Position numbers and translations under genes: made by a program
The notes under the pieces: generated by a model
The model's input: the letters and a program-made list of their open reading frames with translations, nothing else
The model's database searches: none
Told to the model about the DNA's origin: nothing
Shown here: positions 51,173 through 62,075 of the stretch, one piece after another
Layout of the letters: each line of letters begins with the position of its first letter
Numbering within the stretch: position 1 is the first letter of the stretch
NCBI GenBank assembly: GCA_963754945.1
Contig: CAVWIG010000021.1
Location: 32,001-96,000 of the forward strand
Origin: Methanotrichaceae archaeon
GTDB taxonomy: Archaea; Halobacteriota; Methanosarcinia; Methanotrichales; Methanotrichaceae
Direction: 5' to 3'
Length of the DNA stretch: 64,000 nucleotides

Positions 51173-52540
51173 TCAACCAGCAGTAGCAGATCCCGCCTTT
51201 GCGTGCCTGCGGTCGATCAAGCTGACAACGATCAAGAGAACAGAAGAAACAGCCAAGCCCAGTAGTGGATAGCTCTTTCCCAAAAGTATGCCTGTGAGAC
51301 CACCTCCAACCAGAGCGGTCAGCGCTCCCAAGGAAGTGAGTCCAAGCTTTTCCTTGTAGAATCCTGCGACCACGGGAACAAGCATTCCGCTGGTGAATAC
51401 GGTATAGACTGAGAATAGCATTGCTATTATTCCGGATCCTGTCAGGGCCAGGGCCAGAGCCGCCATTCCAATGCTCACAGCTCCCATCCTGGAGGTCCTC
51501 ATGAGTTCAGGAACTCCTGATGACGGTCTGGCCTTTCGGTAGAGGTCAAGGGCCATGGTGGTTGTAGCTGTCATCAGGGGCGTGGCCGCCGAGGACATGA
51601 ACGCAGCCAGAAGGGCTGATCCTACGATGCCCCGCTCAAGGGGTGAGAGCATGTTAGTCATCAGAACTGGAAGTGCCTGCTCAGCCTGGATGCCGGGGAA
51701 GAGAATCTTGGCGGATATTCCCAGGACAGTGATGGCAAATGCTAGAGGAATAAGGATAATGGCAGACATCACAATTGAGTTGCGTGCCGTCCCTGGGTCT
51801 TTTGCCAGGAAGATGCGGGAATAGATGTCGGGTCCGACGAGGTATGTGGACCCCACTACGAGGATCATGGATACGACGCCAACTGCGTCCCTTTCCGGAG
51901 ATAAGGGGAAGCTCTGTTCCTTCAGAAACGTAAGACCTGTGGCATCCAACGTCCTATATAAGAGAAGCACTATGCCTGCGAGGATTATCACGAACTGGAC
52001 CAGATCAGTCCGGACAACGGAGTGCTGTCCTCCCTGGACTGTGTAGAGGATGAAGACTAGGGCAGACGCTGCCATAAACACCTGTTCGCTGCCGCCGAAC
52101 AAGGCGTTGAGAACCTTTCCCGAGGCTATGATCTGGACACAGATTACCCCAATCCAGGAGACGATTATGAGCAGCGAGGCTGCAGTTCTCACCCTTTCAC
52201 CGTAGAATGTTCCTATCAGCTCCGGCAGGGTGTAGCAGCCCTTTGCCCTGATCTTCTTGGCAAAAAATACGGACAGAACCAGCAGCCCGACAGTTCCGGA
52301 TAGCATCCACCAGGCACCCGTTAGCCCTTCCTTAAATCCTAGTCCTGCCATGCCCATGGTAGCCGACGCCCCAACGATGGTGGCACAGAGGGTAGACGTG
52401 AGCATGACGTACCTCACTCTTCTGCCGGCCAGGTGAAACTCATCCAGGCCCGTAACTCGCTTGGCACTAATTGCCCCTATGACAAGCATGACGGCGAAGT
52501 AGCTGATCATGACTGCTAACGTTAGGTCCGTTGCGCCCAA
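51173..52540 (-). CDS. Sodium:solute symporter family protein
   Basis: FHLAGR, YTLPEL, GGQHSVVRTD, LLAAFMSS; many TM segments. Confidence 0.92.
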   Translation of the reverse strand: MGATDLTLAVMISYFAVMLVIGAISAKRVTGLDEFHLAGRRVRYVMLTSTLCATIVGASATMGMAGLGFKEGLTGAWWMLSGTVGLLVLSVFFAKKIRAKGCYTLPELIGTFYGERVRTAASLLIIVSWIGVICVQIIASGKVLNALFGGSEQVFMAASALVFILYTVQGGQHSVVRTDLVQFVIILAGIVLLLYRTLDATGLTFLKEQSFPLSPERDAVGVVSMILVVGSTYLVGPDIYSRIFLAKDPGTARNSIVMSAIILIPLAFAITVLGISAKILFPGIQAEQALPVLMTNMLSPLERGIVGSALLAAFMSSAATPLMTATTTMALDLYRKARPSSGVPELMRTSRMGAVSIGMAALALALTGSGIIAMLFSVYTVFTSGMLVPVVAGFYKEKLGLTSLGALTALVGGGLTGILLGKSYPLLGLAVSSVLLIVVSLIDRRHAKAGSATAG

Positions 52541-52675
52541 TTACATATCTCCCGACAGTGATCCTCGAATTGTAAACCTATTCTTCGCGAGGAGGTTTAC
52601 AATATATAAAGGTTGCGAAGAACTATACACAATCTTTATATTCAATAGGTTCCTATAAAGATAGGGTGAACTGAG

Positions 52676-53068
52676 ATGGAGCTTCGGGTAGAGAACTATT
52701 TTCTCAAGGCTTTTGTCGCCTCAGGGCTCCTGGCGCTGGTGATCATGGTTCTGGCGATGGGCCTGATCTACCTTTTCAGGTACGGCACACCGCTTCCGAC
52801 CCCAGTTATACTAATCCTGGCAGCCATCTCTTTCGTGATGTCCGCTTCCTTCTTCGAACGGTATGAGGTGGGGTCTATAATGTGGTCCTTGCTCGTCTCC
52901 CTCATCGTGACCCTCATCATGACTCTAATCTCCGGCGGGATAGTCTACTTCGGATCGATGAACCGCCTGGGGTGGGAGGAGCTCCTATCCGGCCTGGCTG
53001 TGAGCATGATAGTTGCCACTACTCTGCTCAACTATCTTAAACGAAGCCTTGGAGAGATTGAGTACTAG
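52676..53068 (+). CDS. Hypothetical 4-TM membrane protein
   Basis: Hydrophobic ORF with GGTGA RBS and TTTATA promoter. Confidence 0.65.
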   Translation: MELRVENYFLKAFVASGLLALVIMVLAMGLIYLFRYGTPLPTPVILILAAISFVMSASFFERYEVGSIMWSLLVSLIVTLIMTLISGGIVYFGSMNRLGWEELLSGLAVSMIVATTLLNYLKRSLGEIEY

Positions 53069-53134
53069 TTCAAACAAGCCATGCCATCAGCCCCAACCAA
53101 GGCTAAAATAGTAGAAGCCCGATGGATTGGTTTA

Positions 53135-54025
53135 ATGATCCTGGTTGATCCCTTCGGCAGGAAGGCTACGGGTCTGCGGATGGCTCTCACCTCCAGGTGC
53201 AACTTGAAGTGCGTTTATTGCCACCACGAAGGGGATGTTGCGCACAAGGACGAGATCTCCTGTGAGATGGCGGCAAACCTGGCTAGGGCAGCCGCTGACC
53301 TCGGAATGCACTCTGTCAAATTCACGGGAGGCGAGCCTCTGATGCGTAGCGACCTGGAAGACATCTTGTCCGAGATGCCCGATTGTCTGGACCTGTCCCT
53401 GACTACAAACGGGATCTTTCTTGCAAATCGAGCAGGATCCCTGGCTGAGGCCGGCCTGAACAGGGTCAACATAAGCCTGGATTCGCTGAACCCGAAGACC
53501 TACAGATCGATTACCGGAGGCAGAGAGGGTGATATGGAAAAGGTCATCGATGGAATTGAGGCTGCCAAGAATGCCGGTCTATTGCCCATAAAGCTGAATG
53601 TGGTCGTGCTTCGTGAAAACGAGGACGAGATTCCGGAACTGATCGACTTTTCCCGTGACAGAGGCCTGATTCTCCAGTTAATAGAGCTTATGGACCTGAA
53701 CGGCCTGGGAATCTCCGGAGACATCGAGGGGGTCGAGCGCAGGCTTCAGGCCAGTGCGGACAGGATTGTGACCAGAGAGATGCACCGCAGGAAGAAGTAC
53801 TTCTTGGATGGAGCCGAGGTCGAGATTGTGCGGCCCATGGACAACACAGAGTTCTGTGCCAACTGCACGAGGATTCGAGTCACTTCGGACGGGAAGCTGA
53901 AGCCCTGCCTCTTGCGGAACGACAATCTTGTCAATATCGAAACCTGCGACTGCGAGAAGATAAAGGATCTGCTCAAGGTGGCGAATGAGCGCAGGGAGCC
54001 TTATTTTGGAAGAGTGGTTTTGTAA
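53135..54025 (+). CDS. moaA: GTP 3',8-cyclase (radical SAM)
   Basis: DPFGR, CNLKCVYCHHEG, TGGEP, FCANCTRIR...LKPCL. Confidence 0.94.
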   Translation: MILVDPFGRKATGLRMALTSRCNLKCVYCHHEGDVAHKDEISCEMAANLARAAADLGMHSVKFTGGEPLMRSDLEDILSEMPDCLDLSLTTNGIFLANRAGSLAEAGLNRVNISLDSLNPKTYRSITGGREGDMEKVIDGIEAAKNAGLLPIKLNVVVLRENEDEIPELIDFSRDRGLILQLIELMDLNGLGISGDIEGVERRLQASADRIVTREMHRRKKYFLDGAEVEIVRPMDNTEFCANCTRIRVTSDGKLKPCLLRNDNLVNIETCDCEKIKDLLKVANERREPYFGRVVL

Positions 54026-54981
54026 GATGAATCCCTTTTTAATGGGATCTATTCTTTGCTTCCATTAGTGACTCAACCACAAAAACTATGGGGCAAATTC
54101 TTTTTGAAGACTGGAGCGGGCTGCGGTACCGGTGCGCAGGCTACGGTTTAACTCAATCCCTTGATTTGATTATGATAATTGCCGTTCATCCGCCCGCAAT
54201 TGATGGCGGAGTTCACTATCTAGCAATTAAACTTTCATTAGATTTCTTTGGTGATGTACTGCCAGTGTTAACCGTCAAAGTAGTATTGTCCGACTCTCTT
54301 CGTATATGAAGAAACGACTTTGGGTTCTTTTATCTGCTTGTCATGTCTAAAGGGGTTAGCTAAAGGTATAAGACCTAACATTTAAGAAAGACTTGTGATA
54401 CGCAATTACAGCCCCCGGAACGCGGCAATAATCCGCCGCGCTCCTGGAACTGCTCCTCCCTCCTGTGATATAGTTGTCGATGCGCTATAATTATTTATCA
54501 CGAGCCTATTTCTGCGTCATGTATTGAGAGCGATTGAGTTTCCGGGCTCGTCCACCCCATGCTACAACATACCACGATATAAACTTTGCTTCTTTGCCTC
54601 GGTCCAAATGGTTGGTCCTTTATTTGATCCGAGCACTAGCCCTGCATCTGCACGAATACCTGGATAGCAATGGACAATTGTCAACTGATAGTGGAACCTG
54701 GATCGTTCTGAGCCGTGGGCATCACTGCATCAGATTGAGGAAATCGACATTCGATGCGCTGAAGGCCAGATGGACATATTTTCGTTGGGATTGAGATTGG
54801 GGATCTCAGATTTCCGCGAACTACTCTAAATCTCATGTTATCTCGTACAACTTTGGGCCTAATATATTAATATATTTATGGGCACTTTGTTTCACACTTT
54901 CGTGTAAATCCATTGCCGTTAGGGGAATAAAGACCGGTGGATACAGTTCAATCAATTATTGCCGGTCGAGTATAGTCAGTT

Positions 54982-55218
54982 CTAGGAGAGGAGCGGAGAC
55001 ACACTCCTCAGATTTAATAACAATTCGTCTCCTTTTGGTGTTATTCTGAAGAAATTCTCCTCTTTTATGATCAATTCACGGTCTATAAGCCAGTTTAGGT
55101 GGACATTTGCAGTCTTAGAATTGAGATTGGCCCGGCAGATTATTCGGTTTTTTGTAACAGCATCTTGCTTGCATATGAGCAGTACATTCCTTGCGATTTC
55201 TGCTTTTCCTCGTCTCAT
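54982..55218 (-). CDS. Small winged-HTH protein
   Basis: MRRGK.EI...L..C....KNRII.RANLN...L..LI......FRITPKG pattern. Confidence 0.75.
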   Translation of the reverse strand: MRRGKAEIARNVLLICKQDAVTKNRIICRANLNSKTANVHLNWLIDRELIIKEENFFRITPKGDELLLNLRSVSPLLS

Positions 55219-55333
55219 AAAGTATCTCCTTCGATCTTGAAACAGATGATGAAGATGTGCTGGCCCGATTTCGGAGATTAGCTCAGAATACTTGATATTC
55301 TGAAACTAACCTATTCAGGTTAGAGTGCTATTA

Positions 55334-56618
55334 GAGAGTTTCGAAAAACTAATCAATCGAAATACTTATATACTATTAATACTATAATATAATGCATGAG
55401 GACTCTCATTGATTTTGCCATTCGAGCAGAATATGCTCGAGTAAAAGCCCTCGGAGATGATCTATCCGAGATCGGATCGTTGATCAATTGGGAGCGTTTC
55501 AGATTTTTGGAACCATTGATATACAAAAATAAAACTAGCCGCGGAGGTCGTCCGAACATTGACATCGTGATTATGGTGAAAGCTCTCGTAATTCAGCATT
55601 GGTTTGGTCTAACAGATCCAGAACTGGAGCGACAGGTTGCGGATAGGATCTCTTTTCGTATTTTCCTTGGCACCACTGAAGTAATTCCTGATTTCAGCAC
55701 AGTTTGGCTATTCCGTGAACGTTTGATTAAGTGCGACGTATACGATGATCTTTGGAATGAGCTTCAAAGGCAGCTCGATGAGATGGGGTTTACTGTAAAG
55801 AATGGCACTATCCAGGATGCAACCTTCATAACTTCGGACCCAGGTCGGAAGAGGAACAAGAAAGACGAGCAAGGCGGGGACAAAAAGGAAGGTCAAGATT
55901 CCGAAGCCACCAGTACGAGCCTGAATCAGGAGTTTGATAAAGAGCTAATTGGTATTTCAAATAATATTATTGATGACAAGGCCAAACCACAGAGACTCGA
56001 AGAAGAGCCAATAAATGAGGGAAGTTGGGCAAAAAAGGGTGTCAAATCCTTTTTCGGATATAAAGGTCATATCTCAATCGATACCAATTACCACCTTATC
56101 AGATATTTTGAGACTACAACTGCTTCTGTACACGATAGTCAGGTAGATCTTGGAATTGAAGGGCTACCACGTTACGCCGATAAGGGATATGATGGTGCAA
56201 AAACTCGAGGATATGATGCAGCCATGAAAAAAGCTACAAGAGGTCACAAGCTTGGAATCATAGATCTTCTGAGGAATAAGAGAATCAGTAAAACGCGATC
56301 GCACATCGAAAGATGCTTCGCTGTTATGAAGCGGGGGCATAAGGGAGCACATGTTTATGTAACAACTGTCGCAAGAGCTGGAGTAAAATTCATGATGAAT
56401 TCGGTCGTTTACAACCTGGAACAGTTGAAATATTTAGTGCATAAACAAACAGCCTAGCGGAAGCTCTCTAAAAAAGCGCAAAAATTAGAAACAACAAGGT
56501 AAATTGAAATCTAATAAGCCAATTTAGGGGTGAAATATGCTAAAAAACCACTATAAAGATTGAAAATATTAACGCAAGAATTTAAGGCTTCATTAACCAA
56601 CACTAAATCGAAACCCTC
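55334..56618 (+). mobile_element. IS5-family element, copy 2 (no MITE), inverted relative to copy 1
   Basis: GAGAGTTTCGA ... TCGAAACCCTC ends; same transposase as copy 1. Confidence 0.92.
55396..56457 (+). CDS. IS5-family DDE transposase
   Basis: Translation identical to 14464..15525. Confidence 0.93.
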   Translation: MRTLIDFAIRAEYARVKALGDDLSEIGSLINWERFRFLEPLIYKNKTSRGGRPNIDIVIMVKALVIQHWFGLTDPELERQVADRISFRIFLGTTEVIPDFSTVWLFRERLIKCDVYDDLWNELQRQLDEMGFTVKNGTIQDATFITSDPGRKRNKKDEQGGDKKEGQDSEATSTSLNQEFDKELIGISNNIIDDKAKPQRLEEEPINEGSWAKKGVKSFFGYKGHISIDTNYHLIRYFETTTASVHDSQVDLGIEGLPRYADKGYDGAKTRGYDAAMKKATRGHKLGIIDLLRNKRISKTRSHIERCFAVMKRGHKGAHVYVTTVARAGVKFMMNSVVYNLEQLKYLVHKQTA

Positions 56619-56832
56619 ATATATAGTCAGAAGAAAAAAGAATTCTGAATGTTAACTAGAATTGATAAGCAGAACTTAAACTATGTACCTAAGATACGAA
56701 TCGGCCCTTTCATAGCGGATCGCACCTTAGAAGTTATTACCTATATCAAGTCCAATTAAGAAGAGCTTGCGATGGACTGGACCCCGAACGAGTTTACTAT
56801 AAGCTTGAAATTTTGCTGATCGCATCTTTGAG

Positions 56833-59800
56833 CTAACAATGAGATTCCAGGACTGCCTGTAACTCTTCCAGCTTCACTGGCTTACTAATGTAATCATCCA
56901 TACCTGCATCAAGACACTTCTCTCGATCGCCTTTGAGTGCATAGGCAGTGATTGCGATTATCTTCGGTTGTTCTGCAGACGCCCAGCGCTTTCGAATTGC
57001 CCTGGCGGTTTCAAGCCCATCCATTTCTGGCATCTGAACGTCCATGAGAATTAGGTCGTAGGGCTGGAGTTCCAAGGAGCGTAAGACCTCTGTCCCGTTA
57101 GCCGCCACATCAGCGTGATAGCCTAGCTTATTTAGCATTTTCAACATTACCATTTGATTAACTGGGTTGTCTTCGGCTAAAAGTATCCGAAGAACATGGT
57201 TTCGCTCCCATCCACTGTCGCTCTCTTGCAGCACCCCAGCTTTTATACTACTCGCGGGATTGATAAATGTAGCATCGGCCAATATTGTGAAGTTAAAGGT
57301 TGAGCCCTTGCCCAACTTGCTCTCGGCCCAGATCCTTCCGCCCATCATCTCCACAAGCTTCTTGGTTATGGCGAGACCAAGTCCGGTGCCGCCATACTTG
57401 CGGGTAGTCGACGAGTCTATTTGGGTGAATGATTGAAATAAACGGCTCATCTTATCTTCAGGAATTCCAATTCCAGTATCTCTTACTGCAAAGTACATTT
57501 CATAACATTGGTTTTCAAGCTTCTTGCTAGAGATTGAGATTGATATCTCCCCATTGTCCGTGAATTTAACGGCATTGCTGAGTAGATTGGCCAAGATTTG
57601 TTGTAGCCTGATAGGATCGCCCATGATCACCTGAGGAGTGCCTTCATCGATTGTATAAGACGGGTTTAGGCTTTTTTCAGATGCTTTCACTCCTACGAGA
57701 TTCAGGGAGGTCTCTATGCTGCTTTTCAGTTCAAATGGCCGGAACTCCAGCTCCATCTTACCACTTTCGATCTTCGAAAAGTCCAGTATTTCGTTGATGA
57801 CCGATAACAACGAGTCCCCACTGCTTCTGATGGTCTCTACATAATCATTTTGTTCTCGAGTTAGATCTGTACCTTGGAGAAGATCCGTGAGACCTATGAC
57901 TGCGTTCATCGGAGTCCGTATCTCATGGCTCATGCTTGCCAGGAACTCGGATTTGGCTTTATCTGCAGATTCTGCCGCCTCTTTGGCCTTTATCAGTTCA
58001 TCCTCTGCCCGTTTCCGAGCTAAAGCCCCGCCTATAGAGGCAGCTGTGGCCTGAAGAATAGACACTTCGGCACCAGTCCAAATGCGCTCGGAATGGCAAT
58101 CATCGAAACTGATAAATCCCCAGAATTGGCCTTCTATCATAATAGGAATAGCCAGGATTGATTTGATTTTCTGAGACTGCAATATCGCCCTCTCAGACTC
58201 CGGAAACTCTCGAATCAGCCCTTTTATTGGATGGCCAGCAAAAAGCATCTCATGCCATCGCGACATCTTCACATGACACAGATATTTATATAAATTAGAA
58301 TTATTTATCTGGGGTGCGGTAGAATCTCGAGCCCATTTGAATCTCCGGCCCTCAAGATGTTTACCTATTTCTGATTCGTTAATCTCAGAGATGTAAACTC
58401 GGTCAACTCCTGTAGCGGCTCCGAGAAGCTCCAAAGTTTCATTTATTGCAAAATTTAGATTCGTCTCAGTCAGAAGAGTGTTTGTGGCAACTGCAACTCC
58501 ACCTAGCAGGATGTCCTTCTTTTGAAGCGCTTCCTCTGCTTTTATGCGATCAGTTATATCCATGCTTACTCCAACCAAGCCCATCATCTCAGAGTTGATG
58601 TTATTTACAGTGCTAAATGTATAGAATGCCTGAAAAGTAGACCCATCTTTGCGCTTGACTGGAAATTCATCATCATAATGTCCGGTTTTTTTTATCTTAG
58701 CCATTACATCTTGCATGATATCAGTCTTATTCTCTGGGACTATTGTCTCAGAGATATTTTTCCCGATCACTTCTTCCGCAGTCCATTGATATAGTACTTC
58801 AGCGAACTTGTTCCAATATGTTATATTTCCACACAGATCCGTCATAATAACCGCGTTATAAACCTGATTAAGTAAAGATGCTTGAAAGAGTATTTTCTCT
58901 TCATCCTGTTTTCGCTCTGTGATTTCAGTGAGGAAGTTCAAAGTGGCAGGGTTTCCTTCCCAATTAATCGGGACTGCAGAAATCTCCAGCCATTTGACAG
59001 CGTTATCTCTATCGATGAATCTAAAAGCATATGACTGGGGGTTAATATCGCTACATAGCCTTCTAAGATGATTATTAACTGCTATATCTTTATCATTTCG
59101 ATGAATGAATTCCTCAAACGGCCTAGACTTTAACTCCTTCTCCGAATAGCCTGTAACTTTCACGAATTTGGGGTTGACGAATTTTATTCTGCCATCCTGA
59201 ACAACTAGAATTGATTCGTTGACATTCTCAAACAGCAAACGATATTTCTCCTCAGATGCCCTTAAAGCCTCTTCTACTTGTTTTCGCTCAGTAATATCTT
59301 CAACTGTCCCATCATAGTGAATGCCATTCTCATCTTGCACTATCGTAGTGTTCATGGAGACCCAAAACTTGGTGCCATTTTTTGTCTTCACTTCAAGTTC
59401 GAATCCTTCCAGGTAACCTTGCTCAAGAAGAGTCTTAATAGCTCTGTCTCTGTCTTGAGGATTAACATAAAGCTGATGGCCTATGTCCGTGACTGAAGCA
59501 ATCAACACTTCAGGTGAATCGTATCCGAAAAGCCGTGCAAAAGCCGGGTTGACGCTTAAGTACCTACCACCCGGTACGCTCTGATATATGCCCATTATGG
59601 AATTTTCAAAGATGTTTTGGTACTTCTCTTTGTTTCTTCTTAGATCCTCTTCCATCTGCTTACGTTCGGTTATCTCGCGTATCGATTCTATCGATCCGAT
59701 TATATCCCCTGAAGAGTCATAAAGAGGAGCAGCTTTGCCCATAATGTAAGAGCCATCCTTCCTGAAAGAGGAAATCTTCGCCTCGCCGCTGATGTTAGTG

Positions 59801-60126
59801 CCATCACGTTGTAGATTCCTGTATTCTGCTTCAATTTTTGCATCCTGTTTCAAGACCAGGTCAACCAGAATAGGTCGCCTGCAATTGTAGAAAGGTAGTG
59901 CATACTCATAATTCCCTTTTCCTAAAATATCTATGGCTTTCGTACCAGTTAGATTCTCCATGGCCTCATTCCAGGCTACCACCTTGCCTTTGATATCAAC
60001 GGCTAAAGTGGCGTCTGTGATAAAATCTATGATTCTCGTCAGTTGGATGAAGTCCATTGCGGCTATTGCCGTAGAGGGATTGGAGATACTCTCCTTCTCT
60101 TGATCATCTTTGCTATCTCTCGACAT
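56833..60126 (-). CDS. Hybrid sensor histidine kinase (4 PAS, GAF, HisKA, HATPase, receiver)
   Basis: Repeated (D/E)ITERK PAC ends; SHEIRTPMN, NAVKFT, DTGIG, GGTGLGL; AEDN, LMDVQMP, SKP. Confidence 0.95.
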   Translation of the reverse strand: MSRDSKDDQEKESISNPSTAIAAMDFIQLTRIIDFITDATLAVDIKGKVVAWNEAMENLTGTKAIDILGKGNYEYALPFYNCRRPILVDLVLKQDAKIEAEYRNLQRDGTNISGEAKISSFRKDGSYIMGKAAPLYDSSGDIIGSIESIREITERKQMEEDLRRNKEKYQNIFENSIMGIYQSVPGGRYLSVNPAFARLFGYDSPEVLIASVTDIGHQLYVNPQDRDRAIKTLLEQGYLEGFELEVKTKNGTKFWVSMNTTIVQDENGIHYDGTVEDITERKQVEEALRASEEKYRLLFENVNESILVVQDGRIKFVNPKFVKVTGYSEKELKSRPFEEFIHRNDKDIAVNNHLRRLCSDINPQSYAFRFIDRDNAVKWLEISAVPINWEGNPATLNFLTEITERKQDEEKILFQASLLNQVYNAVIMTDLCGNITYWNKFAEVLYQWTAEEVIGKNISETIVPENKTDIMQDVMAKIKKTGHYDDEFPVKRKDGSTFQAFYTFSTVNNINSEMMGLVGVSMDITDRIKAEEALQKKDILLGGVAVATNTLLTETNLNFAINETLELLGAATGVDRVYISEINESEIGKHLEGRRFKWARDSTAPQINNSNLYKYLCHVKMSRWHEMLFAGHPIKGLIREFPESERAILQSQKIKSILAIPIMIEGQFWGFISFDDCHSERIWTGAEVSILQATAASIGGALARKRAEDELIKAKEAAESADKAKSEFLASMSHEIRTPMNAVIGLTDLLQGTDLTREQNDYVETIRSSGDSLLSVINEILDFSKIESGKMELEFRPFELKSSIETSLNLVGVKASEKSLNPSYTIDEGTPQVIMGDPIRLQQILANLLSNAVKFTDNGEISISISSKKLENQCYEMYFAVRDTGIGIPEDKMSRLFQSFTQIDSSTTRKYGGTGLGLAITKKLVEMMGGRIWAESKLGKGSTFNFTILADATFINPASSIKAGVLQESDSGWERNHVLRILLAEDNPVNQMVMLKMLNKLGYHADVAANGTEVLRSLELQPYDLILMDVQMPEMDGLETARAIRKRWASAEQPKIIAITAYALKGDREKCLDAGMDDYISKPVKLEELQAVLESHC

Positions 60127-60342
60127 GGACCACCCGAAACAATTGGCTGAAACTCAAACTTACACTGCATGAACTTTCAAATACTTATCTCTTGATTACG
60201 GAGAAGTCGCTCATGGTCAGTATGGTGATCCAGTCGTAGGAGTCGACCTCTGCTAAAATTAGTCTAGGACTCTTTGGGATCATTTCGGTACCAGCACAAA
60301 ATTTTTATCTGCTAAAAACCTATATGGTATGAGGAATTATCT

Positions 60343-60750
60343 ATGAAGGTGCTACTAATAGCACTCGGAATTGCACTACTGGTATCTATTTCTATTGGCC
60401 AGCCAATTTCAATTGGCGGAACCTACGGAAAGTCTTGGCTGGAGGATTATGGAAGTAAGAACATAGTGCCAAATTCGACCGGACTCTGGGATTGGGGCCA
60501 TATTCCCCTTGGAAACATACTTCTGAACGGCAAATTGATGTCAATAGGCGACTACGGTGACACTGTATTGATACTTCCAGCCTTCCCAACTAACACGACC
60601 CCCATCCTTCAAAACAGAGCCTTGATGACATCAGACTATTCTGGCTTGTCAGTCGCAGATCTCAGCTCTCCATATCTTATGGAGGACCCATGGGCCGTAT
60701 CTCAGACAATAGGACAGCCCATATTGTACCATAGCATAAATCGAGCTTGA
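60343..60750 (+). CDS. Secreted hypothetical protein
   Basis: Signal peptide, GAGG RBS; LWDWG.IP.G and EDPW motifs. Confidence 0.65.
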   Translation: MKVLLIALGIALLVSISIGQPISIGGTYGKSWLEDYGSKNIVPNSTGLWDWGHIPLGNILLNGKLMSIGDYGDTVLILPAFPTNTTPILQNRALMTSDYSGLSVADLSSPYLMEDPWAVSQTIGQPILYHSINRA

Positions 60751-61075
60751 ATAACCACTCCAGCCTAGAGCATGTTTGGAGCTAAACCTGTTGTGACCTC
60801 TTCGCGGCTCTATAGCTGTGCTCAGTCTTGTGGTAGGAGTTCGAAGATCCACATGTACTGCTTCTCCCCAAAGGTCCTGGATGGAGCCAGCTTCTCCCGA
60901 AGTTATCTATTGCATGTATTGATATGGACCGAGACATGTTAGGACGGCGAAATGATAAATGCATATTGTCACATCTCGACTTTCCTGAATCAATAACAAG
61001 ATATTTAAGAATAGAAGTGCACCATATTATTGGGAGCTATTGTTTGACTGCTCGAAGTCTAAAGGGGGATATGAT

Positions 61076-61804
61076 ATGAAAAATGTTCTTCGACCTACTG
61101 GCGCGATGATTTTGGTCTCTATCTTTATTTGTCTCTGTTTGATAGAGCAATCGGTGGCAACGCTGCCTGACACAGCCGACCCTCTTAACAGGGTCAAGGA
61201 ATTTCATTCAAACTTCATCACCCATGACCAACAATCGATGCCGTCTCTGGTGCCGTCTCAGCTTTCTGATATAGGGGCGCAAGAACCTGGATTGGGAATC
61301 TTCCCTCCGGATTTAATGCCACACGCTTCGCCAGTGAAGCAACATATAGTCATGGACAATTCTCATCCAGAACAACAAGTCCAGGATATGTATGCTATGA
61401 ATACTAATATGCAGAGAGACATTGTTTTCGACGACACTCAGACGGGAGATCCCGTAAAAAAGGGCTTGAAGAACTCTATGGATGTTACGATTAACGGAAA
61501 TGGACATGGGCAAACAAAGAGAAACGGTGGGCCAGATGGAAGCTCTGATGATATGGGCATCGAGAATTTAGTGGATAACGCCGTAAGCTCCCAGCAACAT
61601 GATGGTCCCGTCTATTCTCAAAGCCAGAGTGGCTCTCCAGGACAACAACGCCTCGGGAACTATATGAACATCGATGTCAGCGGCATAAATGTCCAGGCCA
61701 CAAATACTGTGCAGGGTGGTAGTGCAGTGGCTACCTCGAATATAGAAATAAAGCCTGTGCAAATCATTAACTGTCCGCCTGAAGTCGAAGAGAAGCTCAA
61801 ATAG
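61076..61804 (+). CDS. Secreted hypothetical protein
   Basis: Signal peptide; C-terminal IDVSGINVQATNTVQGGSAVATSNIEIKPVQ. Confidence 0.65.
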   Translation: MKNVLRPTGAMILVSIFICLCLIEQSVATLPDTADPLNRVKEFHSNFITHDQQSMPSLVPSQLSDIGAQEPGLGIFPPDLMPHASPVKQHIVMDNSHPEQQVQDMYAMNTNMQRDIVFDDTQTGDPVKKGLKNSMDVTINGNGHGQTKRNGGPDGSSDDMGIENLVDNAVSSQQHDGPVYSQSQSGSPGQQRLGNYMNIDVSGINVQATNTVQGGSAVATSNIEIKPVQIINCPPEVEEKLK

Positions 61805-62075
61805 CGACGGGGGTAATTCTACATATAAAATCATATCACAATATCCTCACTATCGGGGTAGTCGGCATTGCCCCTAGCTCTCTCTTGCCACCCAGAAGCT
61901 TGGAAACCAGCTATCCCCACTTTTCCCAATCTGTCCCGGGTGTCGTGGTCAAAATTCTTAACCCATCAACTCTCCTACAACTCCCAAATAATCGGGAGTA
62001 CTAGTACTAATCAAACACATGTGACGCTGGATTTGTGCCAATTTCAATTTCTCGAAAAGGGATGACGAATAAATA

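Noticed and set aside
54088-54794. Short ORFs downstream of moaA
   Set aside because: No RBS or motif support; probably spurious or decayed.
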